From Chloroflexota bacterium (GTDB lineage: Bacteria > Chloroflexota > Limnocylindria > Limnocylindrales > CSP1-4), in contig PMIP01000084.1 of assembly GCA_003158295.1 (NCBI GenBank), positions 48,992 through 112,991 on the forward strand: a DNA stretch of 64,000 nt. The letters run 5' to 3'. The position numbers and the translations under genes are program-made. Below the pieces are notes generated by a model that saw nothing but the letters and a program-made list of their open reading frames with translations, was not told where the DNA came from and did not search any database. Below are positions 38,765 to 49,867 of the stretch, one piece after another (position 1 is the first letter of the stretch; each line of letters starts with the position of its first letter).

Positions 38765-39754
38765 TCAGCGTTCGAGAATTCTGTCGATCTCGGCCATCTG
38801 GTCGGGTGTGAGCGAACCGAACTCCATCGCCGTCGCATTCTCCTCGACCTGCGCCACCGTCCGGAAACCGGGGATCGGGACGGTGTTCGGGCTGCGACCC
38901 CAGATCCAGGCCAGCGCCCCCTGGGCGAGAGTGCGGCCGTTGCTGGTCAGGATCCCGCGGATCGAGTCCAGGTCATCCAGCCACTCCTGGTTGGCGCGGC
39001 CATCCTTGATGCCGGCGAACCACTCGACCTTCTGGCGGACATCGCTGTCGCTGAATCGGGTCTCCGGCGTGATCTTGCCGGTCAGCACGCCCATCCCGAG
39101 CGGGGCGCGGGTCAGGTTGCCGAGGTCCAGCTTCTCGGCCAGGGCGGTCAGCTCGGCATTGCCGGTGAAGATGTTGAGCTCCTGCTCGAGGACGCTGCAC
39201 CCGGGCCCGGTGGAGAAGGCCGCGATCGCGTCGGTCCGGTCGGTGCTCCAGCCGTAGGTCCGGATCTTGCCCTCCCGCGCGAGGTCTTCGAAGACCTCGC
39301 GGGCCTCCAGGGCGCGCTCGATCGAGAGCCCCCAGACATGCAGGAGGTAGACGTCGACGTAGTCGGTTCGCAGTCGCCGAAGGCTGTTCTCGAGGTCCGC
39401 TCGCAGGTGCGCGGCGACGTCGCTGTCTGCCTCGGTTGTTCCGTAGAGGTCGACCTTCCTGCCGGCCTCGTCGACCTTGTGGCCGACCTTGGTGGCGATG
39501 ACCGCCCGGTCGCGCCGGCCTTCGAGGGCCTGCCCCAGGATCCGCTCGCTGTGGCCGGCGCCGTAGTTGGCTGCGGTGTCGAAGAAGGCGGCGCCGTGCT
39601 CCAGGGCGGCGTGGATCGCTCTGGTCGACTCGGCGTCGTCCACGATTCCCCATCCCGCCTGGGTGCCCGCCAGGACCCACGGCCCGCCGATGGCCCAGCA
39701 GCCCATCCCAACCGCGGGAACCTCAATGCCGCTTCGGCCGAGTACTCGCTTCAC
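38765..39754 (-). CDS. aldo/keto reductase
   Basis: 329 aa. FDTAANYG and IPG(F/T) signatures of the AKR superfamily. Confidence 0.85.
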   Translation of the reverse strand: MKRVLGRSGIEVPAVGMGCWAIGGPWVLAGTQAGWGIVDDAESTRAIHAALEHGAAFFDTAANYGAGHSERILGQALEGRRDRAVIATKVGHKVDEAGRKVDLYGTTEADSDVAAHLRADLENSLRRLRTDYVDVYLLHVWGLSIERALEAREVFEDLAREGKIRTYGWSTDRTDAIAAFSTGPGCSVLEQELNIFTGNAELTALAEKLDLGNLTRAPLGMGVLTGKITPETRFSDSDVRQKVEWFAGIKDGRANQEWLDDLDSIRGILTSNGRTLAQGALAWIWGRSPNTVPIPGFRTVAQVEENATAMEFGSLTPDQMAEIDRILER

Positions 39755-39863
39755 GCTTCGCCTCCCTGATGCGCTGCCTGGTCACGGGTCGTGCGCGGCG
39801 ATCGACCGCCGGGCGCATGCAATGGATGCGGTCAGGCCGGGAGAACCGCTCGCCCGACAATCG

Positions 39864-41048
39864 CTAGCGCCAGGGGATCGGGACGATACCGGCCTTGCGG
39901 GCTGTGGGGACATCTATCCAAGCGTAGTCCGCGTCCCCGGCGGCCACGTGAGGCTGGGCCTCCTTCCATTCGGCCAGGGCCGTGGTGCTGGCATCATCGA
40001 AGGTGGCCGCGCCGATCATCGTCGTCTCGATGAAGTAGTACGACTCGCCTGTGTCGTCCACGCTGACCGCGACGTAGGCATGGCCGGGAATGATGATCAG
40101 CGCCGCTTGCATTCCCAGGTACTCGGCCGCCGCCGCGTACAGCAGCGTCAGCTCGATGCAGTTGCCGCTCGACTGATCGAGGACCTCGCCGGGCAGGCGG
40201 ATCCGCTGGGATTGACCCGACGCGAACGTGATCGGCGTGCTGATGTAGGTGAGGTTGTAGTCGTTCGCCTCGGACTGCCAGATGTCCGAAAGGCGCTGCC
40301 ACACCGTGCCATCGCTGTCCTGCGCGCTGTCGTAGCCACTCGTCATGATCTTTCTTGGGTCGTAGTTGGCGGCGGCGCGAACAAGCGCGTTCACCGACGG
40401 ATCCGTCGGGGTGATCATGGCCACGACGAGCTGGTAGTTCTCCTGCTGGGTGAACCCCTTGATCGACCACGGGAAGTCGTCTCGGGAGGTGATGAGCGTC
40501 TGGCTCGTCTGGTCGAGGACGGTCCTCGGCTGGCCGGATTCGAGATACGAGACGACCACGTGCAGGTCGGCGGGGTGTTGGCTGTTCAGACTTTCGTAGC
40601 CCGCCTGGGTGAGCCTTGGGTTCTGGCGAACTTCCTGGCTTCCGTTCGCGTCAACGGTCACGGTGTCGCTGGCTTTGTCCGTGTAGCCGGAGATATCGCT
40701 CTGGACCGTGATCTTGACCGGCGACGCGTTGCCGTTCTTGACCGTCACGACCACGAAGTCGTCGATGAAGGTGCCGTAGAGGTGTGCGATCGGCGTGACC
40801 AGCTCCGACGTGTAGACGTAGTCGGCGGTGATCTGATCGACGGTGGCCGCGGCTGCCGTCGCTCGCGGGGCTTCCGAGGCGATTGCGTGGGACGGCTGCG
40901 CGCCGGAGGCCGCCGGCAGGTCGACATGAACTCCCCCGGACGGAGCAGTGGCCGGCCAGGTGGCGGAAGCGCTGCTGCAGCCGGCCGTGATGACGAGGAC
41001 GAGGGCCAGGGCCCCGAACCGCCCGTACGCGTTGCGCCACGAACCCAT
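39864..41048 (-). CDS. lipoprotein with possible transglutaminase-like cysteine-protease core
   Basis: Lipobox VITAGC. GNCIELTLLYAAAAEYLGMQAALIIIPGHAYVAV resembles the Cys...His core of transglutaminase-like domains. Confidence 0.5.
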   Translation of the reverse strand: MGSWRNAYGRFGALALVLVITAGCSSASATWPATAPSGGVHVDLPAASGAQPSHAIASEAPRATAAAATVDQITADYVYTSELVTPIAHLYGTFIDDFVVVTVKNGNASPVKITVQSDISGYTDKASDTVTVDANGSQEVRQNPRLTQAGYESLNSQHPADLHVVVSYLESGQPRTVLDQTSQTLITSRDDFPWSIKGFTQQENYQLVVAMITPTDPSVNALVRAAANYDPRKIMTSGYDSAQDSDGTVWQRLSDIWQSEANDYNLTYISTPITFASGQSQRIRLPGEVLDQSSGNCIELTLLYAAAAEYLGMQAALIIIPGHAYVAVSVDDTGESYYFIETTMIGAATFDDASTTALAEWKEAQPHVAAGDADYAWIDVPTARKAGIVPIPWR

Positions 41049-41206
41049 CGGAACCTCCCGGCCCGCCTGGCGGCGGGCGAACTGACTGCCCAAGTCGAGC
41101 GCGTCGATCGTAGCGTGGGCGGTGGGCGTCTACCAGTGGCGAATCGTCCCGGCCGGCGGGCTCCGACGCGGGCCCTGCATGGCGTCGCCCAGCCCGGCTG
41201 GCTGCC

Positions 41207-42130
41207 CTATTTCCCCGCCAGGGCCTCGACCAGCGGCGCCATCGATTCCATCGAGCGGCTTGGGAAGGTGTAGTAGCTGATGCCGAGCTCGTCGCGGCGC
41301 CGCTGCAGCTTCTCGCGCACTGACCCGAGCGTGCCGTACAGGACGTACGGACTGTCGTACACGGCCGTGGCGGCCCCCATCGCCACCGCCGCCGTGGACC
41401 TCAGGAACGAGTTGCCGCTCCCCGCGAGGCCGGCGGAGCTGGTCCAGACGTTGATCTCGAGGCGTTCGAAGCCATCGCCGGCCGCCTCTCTGACACGGGC
41501 TACCTTCTGGGCTGTGGCCGTCTCGGTAGCCTGGCCGAACAGGGGCCAGCCGCGGGCGTTGAAACCCGGCAGCAGCCCAACGATGTCGGCCTCCCGGGCG
41601 GCCAGTCCGAGCATCCGCGGGCCACCGGCGCCGATCGCCAGGGGCGGACGTGGCCTTTGCACCGTGGGCACGCCCGCCGACGCGCGCTCCATCTGGTAGT
41701 GCTCTCCGTGGTGCGTGACCGTCTCGCCGGCAAGTAGCCGCTTCACGAGCGGGACCGCCTCCTCGAGCCTGTCCACCCGCTGCGGGGCCGGGTCGTACGT
41801 CATCCCGAGCTCGCGGTAGTCGCTCGTCATCCAGCCGGCGCCCATCCCCAATTCGAATCGACCGCCCGACAGCACGTCCAGGGTCGCGGCCTCGCGGGCC
41901 AGCATCAGCGGATGGCGGTAGTCGTTGGCGAAGACGAACGCGCCGATGCGCAGGCGTGTCGTTGCGGCAGCGGCGGCTCCCAGCGCGGCAAACGGTGAGA
42001 GCTGATTGCCCAGATGATCGGGCATTACCAGGAGGTCGTACCCGAGCGACTCGGCCCGGCGGGCCAGGGCCGCCCACTCCTCTGCGCTCGACGCCGAAGC
42101 CTGCTGGACTGCGAATCGAAACGGGTGCAC
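41207..42130 (-). CDS. LLM-class F420-dependent (luciferase-like) oxidoreductase
   Basis: 307 aa. TIM-barrel LLM signatures (LGYDLLVMPDH, GMGAGW). Confidence 0.8.
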   Translation of the reverse strand: MHPFRFAVQQASASSAEEWAALARRAESLGYDLLVMPDHLGNQLSPFAALGAAAAATTRLRIGAFVFANDYRHPLMLAREAATLDVLSGGRFELGMGAGWMTSDYRELGMTYDPAPQRVDRLEEAVPLVKRLLAGETVTHHGEHYQMERASAGVPTVQRPRPPLAIGAGGPRMLGLAAREADIVGLLPGFNARGWPLFGQATETATAQKVARVREAAGDGFERLEINVWTSSAGLAGSGNSFLRSTAAVAMGAATAVYDSPYVLYGTLGSVREKLQRRRDELGISYYTFPSRSMESMAPLVEALAGK

Positions 42131-42323
42131 CGATGGAGGTTACTCCGATGCCCGACAGAGGCACGGAGGGACGGACACTCTGCCCGCGCCCCGGATCTCG
42201 GCGGGACCGGTCAGGGTCCGCAAGCCCGCCAATCTCGTGCCTTCCGCCACGCGGCCGGACGTACAATCGTCCGGACTCCAGGCACGTGGGGCATGCCGGA
42301 GCCGGGTGAGGAGGAAGAGGGGA

Positions 42324-44138
42324 TTGGGCAGACTCAGGGACGGGGCCGCTCGTCTATTTCGGTTCGTCGACCTTCGGAGTCGCTTGCGCCGGCCGGGGCT
42401 CCCAGCCCGGCCCGCCGCGCTGTCGCGCATCCTGGGCCCAGGCAGCCGGCTTCAAGCGATCGTCGATCGATCCAGGCCGGCCTGGCCGGTGGTGGGCGCC
42501 ATCGCCATCGCGGCGGCGATAACCCTCTTCTGGCGACTGACCGACACGCGGCAGGGATTTCAGGGAACGCTGATAGACATGGGCTTCGACCCGGGTCGAG
42601 CGGAGCTTCTTGGCGCCCTGACCGTAGGGGGCCTGATCGCCGCGGCCGTTGGCCTGGCCCTGGACCGCCACGCACTCTCTCTCTCCGTCGGCGCGCTGGC
42701 CGTGATCGTGGACGATTTCGAAGCCTTCAGGCGCGACACCCTCAGCGTCATCGATGGCGGACCCGCAGCCGGTGGCTTCAGCGTGGTCGGCTGGATCGAG
42801 ACCGGCCTCGCGATCATCGTCGCCGCGATCGTCGTTGCCTGGGCCGCGATGACGCTGGCCCGGCCGGTTCGCGCGTGGGCCGTCAGGAGCGTCGCCGTGC
42901 TCGATGAAACGCGCACAAGCCGGCGAGCCTCAAGATCACTGGTCGCTCCCGCGGTTGGTCTTGCCGCGGTGCTGATCTTCCTGACCCTGGGGCCTGTCCT
43001 GGGGAGTCTCCTCAACTACGGCACCGACGCGGCCATGCATGCCGGTGGTGCCCAGGAGATAGGCATATTCGGCGGAGGAGAATCGCCGACTCCTACGCTC
43101 GCGGATAGCCCCACGGACTCTCCGGCGCCGACTGCCACGGCCTCGCCCGCCTATTCCCCGGACCCGAGCTCGGCTCCGCCGAGCGCACCGCCTCCCACGC
43201 CGGAGCCGAGTCGAACCGGCGCGCCGCTGGTGGCGGGTCCCGCGCCGGACTCCATGGTCTCTCCGGGAGTGCTCGCGGAGAGCGCTCCGTGGGAGGCCCT
43301 GGCGCCGAAGGGCAAGGGAACCCGCTTCACCAAGTACATGCCCAAGTACTGGACCGGCGGCGGCGGCGGCGACAACGCGGTAGACGTCTACCTGCCGCCC
43401 GGCTACTACTCGGACACGACCCGCCGCTATCCGGTCGTATATGAGATGCCCTACAACACCAACATGTGGGACGCCGGGATGGGTCTGTCGTGGGCTCTCG
43501 ACTACCTGATTACGAGCGGGCAGTTGCCGCCGATGATCGTGATCTTCGTCTGGGGAGACAGCGCGCCCTATCGCGACACGGAGTGCTCGAACAGCCTGGA
43601 CGGCCGGGAATGGTTCGACGACTACCTGGTCCAGGTCGTGGTTCCGTCGGTGGACGTGTGGTACCGGACTATGCCGACGCCCGAGGCCCGGACCACCCTG
43701 GGGTCGTCCAAGGGTGGCTATTGCGCGGCGTCGGCACTGACACACCATGCGGGCGTATTCACGTCGGCGATCTCGTTCAGCGGTTACTACACCGCGGGCG
43801 CAGCCTCACCCCAGACCGCCGGCGCGGATCTCGTCTTCGGCCGGGACAAGGACTACGAGCGCAGCCAATCGCCGATTCTCCGACTCTCGGAGATTCCGTC
43901 CCAGCAGCGCAAGAGGATGTTCGTCGTCCAGTGCGCCGATCCCAAAGAGGATTTCTACGGCCCGCAGATGCGGGACTTCTCGGCCGCGCTGCTCGCGGCG
44001 AACGTCCCGCAGGCGGTGCTGAACTCCAAGCTGGGCCACTCCTGGGAAGCTCAACGCCAGTTGGTGCCCGTTGCTCTGAGACTGGTCGCGGCCCGGCAGG
44101 TGAGGCTGGGCGTCTTCCCGGTGCCGAACCACCCGTAG
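42324..44138 (+). CDS. membrane-anchored alpha/beta-hydrolase (putative esterase family) with Pro/Ser-rich linker
   Basis: N-terminal TM helices, PTPT linker, C-terminal esterase domain with GSSKGGY nucleophile elbow. TTG start at 42324 behind gaggaggaag preferred over the ORF-track start at 42237. Confidence 0.6.
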   Translation: MGRLRDGAARLFRFVDLRSRLRRPGLPARPAALSRILGPGSRLQAIVDRSRPAWPVVGAIAIAAAITLFWRLTDTRQGFQGTLIDMGFDPGRAELLGALTVGGLIAAAVGLALDRHALSLSVGALAVIVDDFEAFRRDTLSVIDGGPAAGGFSVVGWIETGLAIIVAAIVVAWAAMTLARPVRAWAVRSVAVLDETRTSRRASRSLVAPAVGLAAVLIFLTLGPVLGSLLNYGTDAAMHAGGAQEIGIFGGGESPTPTLADSPTDSPAPTATASPAYSPDPSSAPPSAPPPTPEPSRTGAPLVAGPAPDSMVSPGVLAESAPWEALAPKGKGTRFTKYMPKYWTGGGGGDNAVDVYLPPGYYSDTTRRYPVVYEMPYNTNMWDAGMGLSWALDYLITSGQLPPMIVIFVWGDSAPYRDTECSNSLDGREWFDDYLVQVVVPSVDVWYRTMPTPEARTTLGSSKGGYCAASALTHHAGVFTSAISFSGYYTAGAASPQTAGADLVFGRDKDYERSQSPILRLSEIPSQQRKRMFVVQCADPKEDFYGPQMRDFSAALLAANVPQAVLNSKLGHSWEAQRQLVPVALRLVAARQVRLGVFPVPNHP

Positions 44139-44149
44139 CCACGGATCGA

Positions 44150-46120
44150 CTAGGCGATGGCTTCCTCGAACTGCGAGTTGTAGAGGTCGTAGTAGAAGCC
44201 GTGGCGGGCGATCAGCTCGTCGTGACTGCCCTGCTCGACGATCTTGCCGTGGTCCATGACCAGGATCTCGTCGGCGTTGCGAATCGTCGACAGACGATGG
44301 GCGATGACGAACGCGGTACGGCCCTTCATCAGAAGGGCCATTGCCTGCTGGACCAGCACTTCGGTGCGGGTGTCGACCGAGCTCGTCGCCTCATCAAGGA
44401 TGAGGATCTGCGGGTCGGCCAGGAAGGCCCGGGCGATGGTCAGGAGTTGCTTCTCGCCCTGTGACAGGTTCGAGGCGTCGTCGTCGATGACGGTGTCGTA
44501 GCCGTCCGGCATCGTCCGCACGAAGTGGTCCACGTGAGCGGCCTTGGCGGCGGCGACGATCTCTTCCTCCGTGCCGTCCTCCCGGCCGTAGGCGATGTTC
44601 TCTCGGACCGTCCCGCCGAAGAGCCAGGTGTCCTGGAGGACCATGCCGAAGGTTCGGCGCAGGTTGTCGCGGGTCAGGTTCCGGATATCGATCCCGTCCA
44701 CCTTGATGGACCCCGCGTCGATCTCGTAGAAGCGCATCAGCAAGTTGACCACCGTGGTCTTCCCGGCCCCGGTCGGACCGACGATTGCCAGAACCTCGCC
44801 CGAGCGGATGTCGGCGCTCAGGTTTTCGAGGAGCGGGGTCTCGGGCTCGTAGCGGAAGGCGACGCCCTCGAGGCTGACGTGCCCTTGAGGATTTGCGAGC
44901 ACCTCCGGCTGCGCGGCATCGGGAATCTCCTCGGGCTCGTCCAGGAGTTCGAAGACCCGCTCGGCGGAGGCGATCGTTGACTGCAGCAGGTTGGCGATGC
45001 TCGCCGTTTGGGTGATCGGCATCGTGAACGAGCGCGAGTACTGGATGAAGGCCTGGACGTCGCCGAGGGACATCGTGCCGGAGGCGACCTGGATGCCACC
45101 GAGGACACCGATGGCAACGTAGTTCAGGTTGCTCACGAAGTTCATCGTCGGCTGGATGATGCCCGAGATGAACTGCGCCTTGAAGCTGGCCTGGTAGACG
45201 CGTTCGTTCTCTTCGTCGAACTGGCGGATCGCCTCCTCCTGGTGGCCGAAGGACTTGACGATCATGTGCCCGGTGTGGGACTCCTCCACCTGGCCGTTCA
45301 GGATGCCCGTTCGGTCCCATTGCGCCGCAAACTGCTTCTGCGAGCGTCGCGCGATCAGCATCGTCAGGCCGGCCGCGATTGGCAGCACGAGGAGCGAGAT
45401 CAGGGCGAGCAGCGGGCTGATCCAGAACATCATCGCCAGGACGCCCACGATGGTGGCCACCGAGGTGATCAACTGGGTCAGGCTCTGCTGGAGAGTGTTG
45501 GCTATGTTGTCGATGTCGTTGGTGACGCGGCTGAGCGTGTCGCCGCGGGCGTGTGTGTCGAAGTACTTGAGCGGCAGCCTGGCCAGCTTCTGGTCCACGT
45601 CGCGGCGGAGCCTGTAGACGGTCCGCTGTGAGACTCCCGCCATCGTGTACCAGGCCACCCAGGTGAAGAAGGTGGCGGTCAGGTAGAGCGCGGTCAGGCC
45701 GAGCAGGACCATTCCCAGAGCTCCGAAATCGACGCCGACTCCGGGCACGGCATTGGTACCGGCCACCAGATCCGCCAGGGGGTTGTGACTCTGCTGCAGG
45801 AGTGTCACCGCCTGCTGGTGAGACGTCCCGGCCGGCAGGAACCGGCCCAGCTCCTTGCCGACGAGCCCGTCCATCAGCTTGTTGATGCCCGTACCGAGAA
45901 TCTTCGGGCCGAAGACCGTGCCGGCCGTGCTTATGAGCGCGACCACCATCACGAGGATGATCCGCGGCCGCTCGGGCCGGAGCTCGCCCAGAAGCCGTCG
46001 GAAGGTGCGGCCGAAGTTCCGGGGCTTCTCTGCCGGCATCATCATGCCGCCCATGGGGCCGTGAGCGCCGCCCATCGGGCCGCGTCGTCGGGCACCCATT
46101 CCGCCCATCGGGCCGCTCAT
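44150..46120 (-). CDS. ABC transporter permease/ATP-binding protein (type I exporter half-transporter)
   Basis: Six TM helices plus NBD with Walker A GPTGAGKTT, signature LSQGEKQ and Walker B ILILDEATS. Confidence 0.85.
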   Translation of the reverse strand: MSGPMGGMGARRRGPMGGAHGPMGGMMMPAEKPRNFGRTFRRLLGELRPERPRIILVMVVALISTAGTVFGPKILGTGINKLMDGLVGKELGRFLPAGTSHQQAVTLLQQSHNPLADLVAGTNAVPGVGVDFGALGMVLLGLTALYLTATFFTWVAWYTMAGVSQRTVYRLRRDVDQKLARLPLKYFDTHARGDTLSRVTNDIDNIANTLQQSLTQLITSVATIVGVLAMMFWISPLLALISLLVLPIAAGLTMLIARRSQKQFAAQWDRTGILNGQVEESHTGHMIVKSFGHQEEAIRQFDEENERVYQASFKAQFISGIIQPTMNFVSNLNYVAIGVLGGIQVASGTMSLGDVQAFIQYSRSFTMPITQTASIANLLQSTIASAERVFELLDEPEEIPDAAQPEVLANPQGHVSLEGVAFRYEPETPLLENLSADIRSGEVLAIVGPTGAGKTTVVNLLMRFYEIDAGSIKVDGIDIRNLTRDNLRRTFGMVLQDTWLFGGTVRENIAYGREDGTEEEIVAAAKAAHVDHFVRTMPDGYDTVIDDDASNLSQGEKQLLTIARAFLADPQILILDEATSSVDTRTEVLVQQAMALLMKGRTAFVIAHRLSTIRNADEILVMDHGKIVEQGSHDELIARHGFYYDLYNSQFEEAIA

Positions 46121-47847
46121 GACGCTTCCTCCTGGGAGAGCTGCGAGAAGACGATCTCGCGGTAGATATCACAGGTCTTCATGAGCTGCGCGTGCGTCCC
46201 CTTGCCGACGATCTCGCCGCTGTCCAGGACCACGATCTGGTCGGCGTGCATGATCGTGCCCACTCGTTGGGCGACGATGATCACCGTGGCGTCGCGCGTC
46301 TCCTTGTGCAGCGCCGCCCGCAGTTGCTGGTCCGTCTTGAAGTCGAGAGCCGAGAAGCTGTCGTCGAAGATGAAGACCTTCGGCTTCTTCGCGATCGCTC
46401 GGGCGATGGCCAGGCGCTGCCGCTGCCCCCCGGAGACGTTCGTGCCGCCCTGGTCGATCTCAGCCCCCATCTGAGCGGGCATCTCCGTCACGAAGTCCCG
46501 GGCCTGGGCTATCTCGAGGGCGTGCCACAGCGCTTCATCCGTCGCGGATTCGTCGCCGTAGCGCAGGTTGCTGGCGACGGTGCCGCTGAACAGGAACGAC
46601 TTCTGGGGCACGACGCCGATCAGCTGCCACAGGTCTTCCTGGCGCATCTTCCTGACGTCGACGCCGTCGATGGAGACGCTGCCCTCGGTCACGTCGTAGA
46701 AGCGGGGGATCAGGTTGACCAGTGTCGTCTTGCCCGAGCCGGTGCTGCCGACTATTGCAGTTGTCTGGCCGGGCCGGGCCGTGAAGGAGATGGCGCACAG
46801 GACGGCGTCCTGGGCGCCCGGGTAACGGAACTCCACGTCACGGAACTCGACGGCGCCGTGCGGGTCGGAGATCTCGACCGGCTCGTCCGGATCGCACAGA
46901 GTCGCCTCTACGTCCAGTACCGCCTGGATCCGCTCGGCGGCGGCGGCCGCTCGCGGAACCATGACGAAGATCAAGGCGGCCATCATCACGGAGAAGAGGA
47001 TCAGCATCACGTACTGCAGGAAGGCCGAGAGGTTGCCGAGCGGCATTCCTCCGGAGTCGATCCGCAGGCCGCCGAACCACACGATCGCGACCGTAGAGAG
47101 GTTCATGATTCCGAAGAGGAAGGGGATCATCATCGCGAAGAGACGATTCACACGCAGGGCGTTGTTGGTCAGCTCCTGGTTGGCCTGGTCGTAGCGGGCC
47201 TCTTCGTGGTCCGTTCGAACGAACGCGCGAATCACGCGCATGCCGCTCAGGATCTCCCGCATGACCTGCTGGACTCGGTCGGTTCGCTTCTGCATCGAGC
47301 GGAAGAGCGGCAGGGCGATGATGGCCAGAGTGCCGATCACGATCAGCACGAGGGGGATGATCACGACGAGCAGTCCCGAGAGCGGGACGTCCTCACGCAG
47401 GGCCATGATGATGCCGCCGACGCACATGATCGGGGCCATGATCATGATGTTGAATGCCATCACCAGGACCATCTGGACCTGCTGGACGTCGTTGGTGTTG
47501 CGGGTGATCAGAGTCGGCGTCCCGAAGAGGTTCGTCTCCTTCTGCGAGAAGCTCATGACCTGGCGGAAGATCGCGCTCCGAACGTCGCGCCCGAAAGCCA
47601 TGGCAGTCCTCGAGCCGAAGTAGATCCCCACGATCGCGCAGATCCCGAGCAGGCCCGTGATCAGGAGCATCGAGACGCCGGTTCTGACGATGTAGCCCGT
47701 GTCGCCCTTGAGGACGCCGTTGTTGATGATGTCCGCGTTCAGGTTGGGCAGGTACAGGTTCGCCAGGGCCTGGATGGTGACCAGGACCATCACGATGGCC
47801 AGGCTCCCCCTGTAGGGGCGCAGGAACCGGCGCAGGAGTTTGGTCAT
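46117..47847 (-). CDS. ABC transporter permease/ATP-binding protein (partner half-transporter)
   Basis: GSTGSGKTT, VSGGQRQR and IFIFDDSFSALD motifs. 4-nt overlap with the downstream partner. Confidence 0.85.
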   Translation of the reverse strand: MTKLLRRFLRPYRGSLAIVMVLVTIQALANLYLPNLNADIINNGVLKGDTGYIVRTGVSMLLITGLLGICAIVGIYFGSRTAMAFGRDVRSAIFRQVMSFSQKETNLFGTPTLITRNTNDVQQVQMVLVMAFNIMIMAPIMCVGGIIMALREDVPLSGLLVVIIPLVLIVIGTLAIIALPLFRSMQKRTDRVQQVMREILSGMRVIRAFVRTDHEEARYDQANQELTNNALRVNRLFAMMIPFLFGIMNLSTVAIVWFGGLRIDSGGMPLGNLSAFLQYVMLILFSVMMAALIFVMVPRAAAAAERIQAVLDVEATLCDPDEPVEISDPHGAVEFRDVEFRYPGAQDAVLCAISFTARPGQTTAIVGSTGSGKTTLVNLIPRFYDVTEGSVSIDGVDVRKMRQEDLWQLIGVVPQKSFLFSGTVASNLRYGDESATDEALWHALEIAQARDFVTEMPAQMGAEIDQGGTNVSGGQRQRLAIARAIAKKPKVFIFDDSFSALDFKTDQQLRAALHKETRDATVIIVAQRVGTIMHADQIVVLDSGEIVGKGTHAQLMKTCDIYREIVFSQLSQEEAS

Positions 47848-47944
47848 TCGGATTCGTTCCTCGTGGTCTGGAGTGCGCGCTCAGCTTTGATCCGGATTGT
47901 GTAGGAGTCGTGAACGCCGGCCGGAGAAGTCACCATCGGGCCGA

Positions 47945-48505
47945 TCACGTGTCGGGCGAGGTGCCGTCGACGGCGGTCGTCGCCGTCTCTGATTCGGGCT
48001 GGAAGATCCGCCGCCGGGCGGCCTGGATCGCTCGCATGCCGACGAGCAGCGCGGCCACCTCGTCGGCTGTGAGCTCAGCCAGCACTTTGGAGAGGACCTC
48101 GCGACGCTGCGCGGCCATGTCGATGAAGACCTGACGCCCTGCATCCGTGGCGTAGACGAGCACAACCCTGCGGTCGTCCGTGCCGTGGCGCCGCTCCACA
48201 AGGCCGCGCTTCTCCATTCGATCGACGATCCCCGTGGCGCTTGCATCCGAGACGTCCATGGCCTCGGCCAGGCGCCTCATCGAGAGGGCGCCTTGCGCCT
48301 CGAGTGCTGTCAATACGTTCAGGTGGACGAGACTAAGGGCGTGGCGATGCCACTTCTTGAAGACGCCTCCGCGATCGCGCGGGGACCAGGCGGTCATCTC
48401 GTCCAGCAGTTCCCGCTCCAGAGTCGCGCGGTCACCAGGTTGCCGCACGGGCACTTGATCGCTCTGGCTCGCGTTGGCATTCCTAGGTACGTTGATAGTC
48501 GACAT
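47945..48505 (-). CDS. MarR-family transcriptional regulator
   Basis: Winged-helix region LSMRRLAEAMDVSDASATGIVDRMEKRGLVERR. Internal ATG at 48505. Confidence 0.8.
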   Translation of the reverse strand: MSTINVPRNANASQSDQVPVRQPGDRATLERELLDEMTAWSPRDRGGVFKKWHRHALSLVHLNVLTALEAQGALSMRRLAEAMDVSDASATGIVDRMEKRGLVERRHGTDDRRVVLVYATDAGRQVFIDMAAQRREVLSKVLAELTADEVAALLVGMRAIQAARRRIFQPESETATTAVDGTSPDT

Positions 48506-48721
48506 CGCATCAAGTATATCCCATGCCGGGCAGAACGCAAACCGCCTGCAATGGAGTCCATTCGTTCCGCCACATAGCACGGCCAACCCACCCATCGAGA
48601 CACATCGTTCCTGGCCCCAGGTTCGGCTAGTGTCCAACCGAGCTCCTTCGGACCGCCGCAGAGCGGAGACTGACCTCCGCTGATCGCGAGGCATCACAGG
48701 CGGTCCAGGGCCGGAGGAAGA

Positions 48722-49633
48722 ATGAAGCCGTACCGCGTCCTGTTGTCTGCCGCAGCTCTCGGGCTGCTCGCCCTCGTCGGCCCAGCCACCGCAAGTGGCG
48801 CTTCGGTGCCACTCGCACGCCAGGCGGTCGCGCCGGCGGCAGCGGCCCAGACGGTTCAACTGACTTTGATAAAGGTCATCTGCCCGAGCTACTCGGTCGT
48901 GCCTGCGAACCAGAACCCAACGATCCACGATCAGACGGGCGGTCATGCCGGCCAACTGGACACGAGCTACCAGACCGTCCTGGTCAACCCGGCGACGGAC
49001 ATCCCGAAGGTGTGCATGCGCGCCGACGGCTGGCAGTTCCAGCTCTACAACAGCGACGCGGCGTCCACCGCGGTTGGGTTGCCGCTGACGACGGGAACCG
49101 ACGGTTCGGGCACCGGCTCCGTCACGATCACACTCGACGCGTCGGAATTGGCTCTGGCGCAGACCGCCGGCTTCCCCACGGGACTATGGGTGGCTGAGAT
49201 GGAACAGCCGAGCGTGGCCACCTTCGGTGCTCTCCGCTGCTACCAGGACATCCTCCACGGCGACAACATCGAGAACGTGCGCGACCTCGGCACCACCGAT
49301 CAGCACATCTACTGCATCGCCTACAACGTTGCGGTCGCCCAGTCGACGCCGGCGCCCACCCCTACCCCGGCCCCTACCCCGACGCCCGTCGTCCCCACTC
49401 CGTTCCAATCGGTACAGGGTGCGACGGCGACCCCGGCTGCGACGCCAACTCCATTCCAGTCAGTCCAGGGTGAGACCGCGATCCCAGTTGGGACTCCGAC
49501 ACCGCCGCCCACCGCAACCAGCGGCGGATCGAACAACAGCTCGACCCCGATGGGCGCCCTGTTGATCTGTCTCGCCTTCGGCGGGCTTGGACTCCTGGCT
49601 GTCCAGGCTCAGCGCCGGACCGTTCGCCGCTAG
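48722..49633 (+). CDS. secreted repeat protein with C-terminal hydrophobic anchor
   Basis: Signal peptide. PTPT linkers. TPFQSVQG(A/E)TA repeat. C-terminal TM segment followed by RRTVRR. Confidence 0.55.
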   Translation: MKPYRVLLSAAALGLLALVGPATASGASVPLARQAVAPAAAAQTVQLTLIKVICPSYSVVPANQNPTIHDQTGGHAGQLDTSYQTVLVNPATDIPKVCMRADGWQFQLYNSDAASTAVGLPLTTGTDGSGTGSVTITLDASELALAQTAGFPTGLWVAEMEQPSVATFGALRCYQDILHGDNIENVRDLGTTDQHIYCIAYNVAVAQSTPAPTPTPAPTPTPVVPTPFQSVQGATATPAATPTPFQSVQGETAIPVGTPTPPPTATSGGSNNSSTPMGALLICLAFGGLGLLAVQAQRRTVRR

Positions 49634-49867
49634 CCACACCTCCCGGCGACCGAGATTGCTGTCCGGCCTCCGCGGGAGGCGCCCATCGACCCAGTGAGGG
49701 TTGAGTCGCCCACTGCCGGGTCCTGAGGCCGGGCGGAACGCCCCTCTCCAACGCGAGCACGCGGCGGCGGGCATCGGGGTCCCTCACGGGCCGCGCTCTG
49801 CCCGCAAATCGCTTGTCCAGACCGTGCGTAACCAATTCGAAAGACTGCCCAGCCCAGATTGTGAGTC